This document shows positions 59,927 to 64,000 of a DNA stretch of 64,000 nucleotides, piece by piece. Made by a program: the position numbers and the translations under genes. Location of the stretch: NCBI GenBank assembly GCA_027064425.1, contig JAMOPO010000003.1, positions 32,001 to 96,000 of the forward strand, given 5' to 3'. The notes below the pieces were generated by a model. That model was not told the DNA's origin and made no database searches. It worked only from the letters and a program-made list of their open reading frames with translations. Positions within the stretch are counted from its first letter, which is position 1; every line of letters begins with the position of its first letter. This stretch comes from Methanobacteriota archaeon (GTDB lineage: Archaea > JAADCQ01 > Methanopyri > Methanopyrales > Methanopyraceae).

Positions 59927-60789
59927 CCGGCTTGACGGTGGAGCGCTCCCCGGCGGTGGCGGGCCAGTTCTATCCCGCCGACCCGGACCAGCTGAAGGAG
60001 ACCATCGAGGAGTGCTTCAAGCACGAGCTCGGGCCGGGCGACGTGCCCGAGGTCTCCTCCTCACCGTGCGAGGTGCCCGGCGCCGTCGTGCCGCACGCGG
60101 GTTACCAGTACTCCGGGCCCGTCGCCGCCCACGCGTACAAGGCGCTGGCGGAGGCGGGTACACCCGAGACGGTGGTCATCCTCGGGCCCAATCATACCGG
60201 GCTGGGCACCGCCGTGGCCACGATGACCTCCGGGCGCTGGAAGACCCCACTGGGCGCCGTGGAGATCGACTCGGAGTTCGCGCGGGAGCTGGTCGAGGAG
60301 TGCGGCGTGGTGGACGATGATCTGGAGGCCCACGTCCAGGAGCACTCCATCGAGGTCCAGCTGCCGTTCCTCGAGTACCTGTACGGGGACGAGTTCAGGT
60401 TCGTGCCCGTGTGCATGGCGATGCACGATCTGAAGACCGCCCGAGAGCTGGGCGAGGCGATCGCCAAGGTCGCCGAGGATCTGGACCGAAACGTGGTCAT
60501 CCTGGCGAGCACGGACCTTACGCACTACGAGCCCCATGACGTGGCCCAGGAGAAGGACGAGAAGGTAATCGAGAAGATCGTGGAGCTCGACGAGCAGGCG
60601 ATGGTTGAGGTGGTGGAGCGCCACAACGTCAGCATGTGCGGAGTGGGTCCGACGGCCGCCACGATCGTCGCGGTTAAGGAGCTCGGGGCCGAGCGGGGCG
60701 AGCTGCTGAAGTACGCCACGAGCGGCGACGTGACCGGGGACAGGTCCCAGGTGGTAGGCTACGCGGCCGTCGTCTTCCTGCCCGGGTGA
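59923..60789 (+). CDS. amrB: MEMO1-family protein (AmmeMemoRadiSam protein B)
   Basis: PAVAGQFY, PHAGY.YSG, GPNH, EHSIEVQLP, STDLTHY, MCG, VGY. Confidence 0.93.
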   Translation: MTGLTVERSPAVAGQFYPADPDQLKETIEECFKHELGPGDVPEVSSSPCEVPGAVVPHAGYQYSGPVAAHAYKALAEAGTPETVVILGPNHTGLGTAVATMTSGRWKTPLGAVEIDSEFARELVEECGVVDDDLEAHVQEHSIEVQLPFLEYLYGDEFRFVPVCMAMHDLKTARELGEAIAKVAEDLDRNVVILASTDLTHYEPHDVAQEKDEKVIEKIVELDEQAMVEVVERHNVSMCGVGPTAATIVAVKELGAERGELLKYATSGDVTGDRSQVVGYAAVVFLPG

Positions 60790-61196
60790 GTAGCATGCTC
60801 CCCGTGGAGTGCGCCGAGCTCACGCTCACGGCCGCGCTCCTGGGAGCGGTCCTGCCGTACGAGGTCCTGCGCACCCTGGGTCGTGCCCCCCGAGCGCTGC
60901 ACGCCCTGGTACTCTCCGTCTCCCTCACCTCCCTGCTCCTGAGCCTGTGCGAGCGGTACGTGACCTGCCTGATCATGGCGTGCTCGATCCCAAAAATAGG
61001 GGTGGCGGGGCACTCCCTCCTGAGGCTGGGCTGGGTGATCTCCTGGCACGTCGCCGTGGCCGGGCCCGCCGGCACCCTCCGCGCGTTCCTCACCGTAAAG
61101 TCCCTTACGATCGACCTCGTGGCGGGTTTCGCGCTGGCGGTCGGCGGTATCCTGAACACGATCCGATGGATCGCGGGACTAACCCCACCGCTGTAG
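60786..61196 (+). CDS. Small hydrophobic hypothetical membrane protein
   Basis: Several hydrophobic stretches; sits between amrB and mcm on the same strand. Confidence 0.5.
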   Translation: MSSMLPVECAELTLTAALLGAVLPYEVLRTLGRAPRALHALVLSVSLTSLLLSLCERYVTCLIMACSIPKIGVAGHSLLRLGWVISWHVAVAGPAGTLRAFLTVKSLTIDLVAGFALAVGGILNTIRWIAGLTPPL

Positions 61197-61209
61197 GGGA
61201 GGCTCCGAG

Positions 61210-63183
61210 GTGGAGTATGAGGAGGAATTCAGGGCGTTCCTGCAGGAGTCCGACACGTTCCTGAACTCCGTCGAGCGCGTGATCGACGAGTACCCGCGCT
61301 GGAGGACCGTCGTCGTCGACCTGGGGGAGCTGGACGAGCCTGAGGTGGCCGTGGACGTGGCCAAGAACGTCCTGGACGCCGTCCGCATCGTCCAGGAAGA
61401 GGCGATGAAGATCATCGAGCAGGAGCGGCCCGAGGTCAGCGGCGTCTGGGTGGAGTTCCGCTCCTCGCCCATCGAGATCCGGGCCCGGGACCTCAGCGTC
61501 GAGTTCAAGGACCGCCTGGTCACGGTCGAAGGCATCGTCCGCCGCGTAGACAACGTCGCCGCCGAGGTATCCCGGGTCACGGCCGAGTGCCCGCGGTGCG
61601 GCGAGCGGTTCGAGGTACGCAAGCGGGACTACCGGCCGGACGTCAAGTGCCCCAACTGCGGCGCGACCACCGACCCCGAGGAGCTGTTTTACACCGACTA
61701 CCAGGTCGCCATCCTTCAGGAGCCACCCGAGAAGATCGAGGGCACGGAGCAGCCCGCGACCGTCGAGGTTGAGCTGAGGTACGACCATATCAACCGGGTC
61801 AAGCCGGGCGACCGCGTTAAGATCACCGGAGTGCCCAAGGTCAGGCTCGACCGGGGGCGGCCGAGGCCCGGCGACACCGGCGAGATCGTGCTCGAGGCTC
61901 ACGGCGTCGAGCGGTCGGAGTCCATGCACTTCCCGGAGGAGATCAACTTCGGCCGGGAGGAGATCGAGGAGTTCCGACAGTTCGCCGAGTCGTCCCCGCT
62001 CGACGAGCTGGTCGAGGCCGTCGCCCCACACATTCACGGTCACGAGACCATCAAGCGGGCCGTCGTCCTCCAGCTCTTCTCCTGCGTCGAGGAGTCCAAC
62101 ATGCGCGAGCGCGTGCACGTCCTGATCGTCGGCGACCCCGCCACGGCCAAGTCGCAGATCCTCCAGCACGTGACCGAGAAGGTGGCCCCCAAGGGCGTGT
62201 ACGTGAGCGCGCAGCACGTGACCGGACCCGGACTCACCGCCGCGGCCGAGCGCACGGAGGATGGTTGGGCGCTGGAAGCCGGAGCGGTCGTGATGGCCGA
62301 CGGCGGGGTCATCGCCATCGACGAGCTGGACAAGGCCTCAAAGAGCGACCTGAACGCGCTCCTGGAGGCGATGGAGTCGGGCAAGGTGAGCGTGGCGAAG
62401 GCGGGGATCACGGCCACGCTGAACGCGCGCTGCGCCGTCCTCGCCGCCGCCAACCCCGAGGCCGGCCGCTGGCAGGGCGACCACCCCATCGAAGAGATCA
62501 ACCTCGACCCCGCCCTCCTCTCCCGGTTCGACGTGATCCTGTTCACGCGAGACGAGCCCGATCCGGACAAGGACCGCAAGATCGCGGAGACGATGATGGA
62601 GGCCTTCGAGGGCGAGTTCGACGACCTGAGCCGCCGCTACGATTTCTACAAGCGTTACATCCTGTACGCGACGACCGAGTACCCGAACGTGAGGATCTCG
62701 AAGGAGGCCCGGGAGAAGCTGTCCAAGTGGTTCGTCTCCGTGCGGCAGAAGGCCGCGGACATGGCGGATGAGGGCGAGATCCGGACCGTCCCCGTCACCC
62801 GGAGGCAGATGGGCGCCACCATCCGGCTGGCCCGGGCCGCCGCCCGGTTGAGGCTGTCGGACACGGTGGAACCGGAGGACGTGGAGGTGGCTCTATCCGT
62901 CATGGAAAAGTTCATGGAGGAGGTCATGCAGGAGGAGGGCGTCCTGGACGCCGACGTCATCGAGACCGGCCGTCCCAAGTCCGTGCGCGAGGCGCGGGAG
63001 TACGTGCTCCGGGTCGTGCGGAAGCTGTCCAAGGAGTACGAGGACGGCGTCCCGAAGAAGGAGATCGTCAAGGCGGTCAAGAACAGGGTGGACCGCGATA
63101 AGATCGAAGAAATATTGAACGATCTCGTCGAGGAGGGCGACCTGATCCAGCCCCGACCGGGAGTCTACGCCCCGATCAAGTAG
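61210..63183 (+). CDS. mcm: MCM replicative helicase
   Basis: C4 Zn finger, GDPATAKSQ, GLTAA, IDELDK, AAANP, SRFD, C-terminal winged helix. Confidence 0.96.
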   Translation: MEYEEEFRAFLQESDTFLNSVERVIDEYPRWRTVVVDLGELDEPEVAVDVAKNVLDAVRIVQEEAMKIIEQERPEVSGVWVEFRSSPIEIRARDLSVEFKDRLVTVEGIVRRVDNVAAEVSRVTAECPRCGERFEVRKRDYRPDVKCPNCGATTDPEELFYTDYQVAILQEPPEKIEGTEQPATVEVELRYDHINRVKPGDRVKITGVPKVRLDRGRPRPGDTGEIVLEAHGVERSESMHFPEEINFGREEIEEFRQFAESSPLDELVEAVAPHIHGHETIKRAVVLQLFSCVEESNMRERVHVLIVGDPATAKSQILQHVTEKVAPKGVYVSAQHVTGPGLTAAAERTEDGWALEAGAVVMADGGVIAIDELDKASKSDLNALLEAMESGKVSVAKAGITATLNARCAVLAAANPEAGRWQGDHPIEEINLDPALLSRFDVILFTRDEPDPDKDRKIAETMMEAFEGEFDDLSRRYDFYKRYILYATTEYPNVRISKEAREKLSKWFVSVRQKAADMADEGEIRTVPVTRRQMGATIRLARAAARLRLSDTVEPEDVEVALSVMEKFMEEVMQEEGVLDADVIETGRPKSVREAREYVLRVVRKLSKEYEDGVPKKEIVKAVKNRVDRDKIEEILNDLVEEGDLIQPRPGVYAPIK

Positions 63184-63197
63184 CGGAGTGAGCGACC

Positions 63198-64000
63198 TTG
63201 AGCGAGTCAGAGGAGCTCTCCCGCCGGTACCCCGCGGTCCGCGTGCCCGCGGGCGTTCTCGCCCGGTCGACCCCCACTGACGACGGCTTCATCACGCCGG
63301 ACGGCGTGCGGTTCCACCGAGCCCTGGTGGTGGGCGTGGTCACGTCCAAGTACGTGGACGAGGACCGCGAGTTCGCCGTCCTCACGATCACCGACGACAC
63401 GGGCTCCGTGGACGTGTTCGCGTTCGAGGAGTGGTTCGAGTACGCCAGCGAACTGGAGCGCTGGACCGAGGTGAAGGTCGTGGGTCGGCCCATGGAACCG
63501 CGGGAGGAGGGTCGCTCGGTCCCGCTCCGGGCGGAGGTGATCCGGCCGGCCTCCTATCACGAGGAGCTCCTCCGCAGGTTGGAGTACGAGCTGCTGGTAT
63601 CCGAGGTCTCAAGCGAGGAGGTCGAGGCCGTCGAGGAGGTGGAAGAGGAGGAGCGAGTTGAGGTATCAGAGGGACCGGAGGAGGCTGAAGCGGAGGAGGA
63701 GATCACCGCGGAGACCGAGGCCGAGGCGACGGTCACGGAGGAAGAGGAGGGAGGCGAGGAGGAGGCCATCGAGGCGCGAGAGGGGGAGGAAGACCTGGCC
63801 GAGGTCGTCCGGAAAGTGTACGAGCGGCTGCTGGAGCACGAGGAGGACATGTTCTCGAAGCAAGATTTATACGAGATCATAGAGGAGGTCGCGCCCGACG
63901 CGGACGAGGAGTTCTGCGAGCGGGTGATCAAAGAGCTGGAACGGCGCGACCTCATCTTCCCCATCAAGCTACCCAGCGGCAAGCACTGGTCCGTGGTGGT
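63198..64000 (+). CDS. RPA32/RPA2-like OB-fold protein (3' end runs off the window)
   Basis: TTG start at 63198: RRYPAVRV...RALVVGVV...TITDDTGSV, acidic linker, winged-helix-like end; absent from the ORF track. Confidence 0.75.
   Translation, partial: MSESEELSRRYPAVRVPAGVLARSTPTDDGFITPDGVRFHRALVVGVVTSKYVDEDREFAVLTITDDTGSVDVFAFEEWFEYASELERWTEVKVVGRPMEPREEGRSVPLRAEVIRPASYHEELLRRLEYELLVSEVSSEEVEAVEEVEEEERVEVSEGPEEAEAEEEITAETEAEATVTEEEEGGEEEAIEAREGEEDLAEVVRKVYERLLEHEEDMFSKQDLYEIIEEVAPDADEEFCERVIKELERRDLIFPIKLPSGKHWSVV

Noticed and set aside
50377-60789. AmmeMemoRadiSam genes as a novel system
   Set aside because: Known widespread trio; the two members here are 9 kb apart and the AMMECR1 component is not in the window
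36456-63183. Inteins in polB, lhr, radA or mcm
   Set aside because: Lengths are normal and the conserved motifs are uninterrupted
61210-63183. Inactive MCM paralogue
   Set aside because: Zn finger, Walker A Lys, Walker B DE and SRF arginine finger are all present at full length

Overview
GC-rich, densely packed archaeal chromosome segment, most likely a Methanopyrus species. The evidence is methanogen markers (Sec-type F420-reducing hydrogenase fruAGB, mtxX), a pseudomurein-type Mur ligase, a CDAT8-like tRNA C8 deaminase, and a tRNA gene encoding C8. It holds about 50 protein genes covering energy metabolism, RNA modification, replication/repair (PolB, MCM, RPA2-like, Lhr, RadA-like), cobalamin, lipid synthesis and secreted proteins, plus one tRNA-Thr(GGT). 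The ORF track misses several things: an in-frame UGA (selenocysteine) with a 3'-UTR SECIS in fruA; nine box C/D-like guide sRNAs, one with both guides matching conserved 16S rRNA sequence; a ~470-nt highly structured non-coding region with its own promoter-like element, lying upstream of a three-sRNA cluster; a stand-alone CARF-HEPN-like nuclease coupled to RNase Z; a shared C-terminal sorting motif on secreted proteins; and a repeated AT-rich palindrome. I saw no CRISPR array, IS, integrase or intein. All assignments come from motif recognition by eye, with no database searches.
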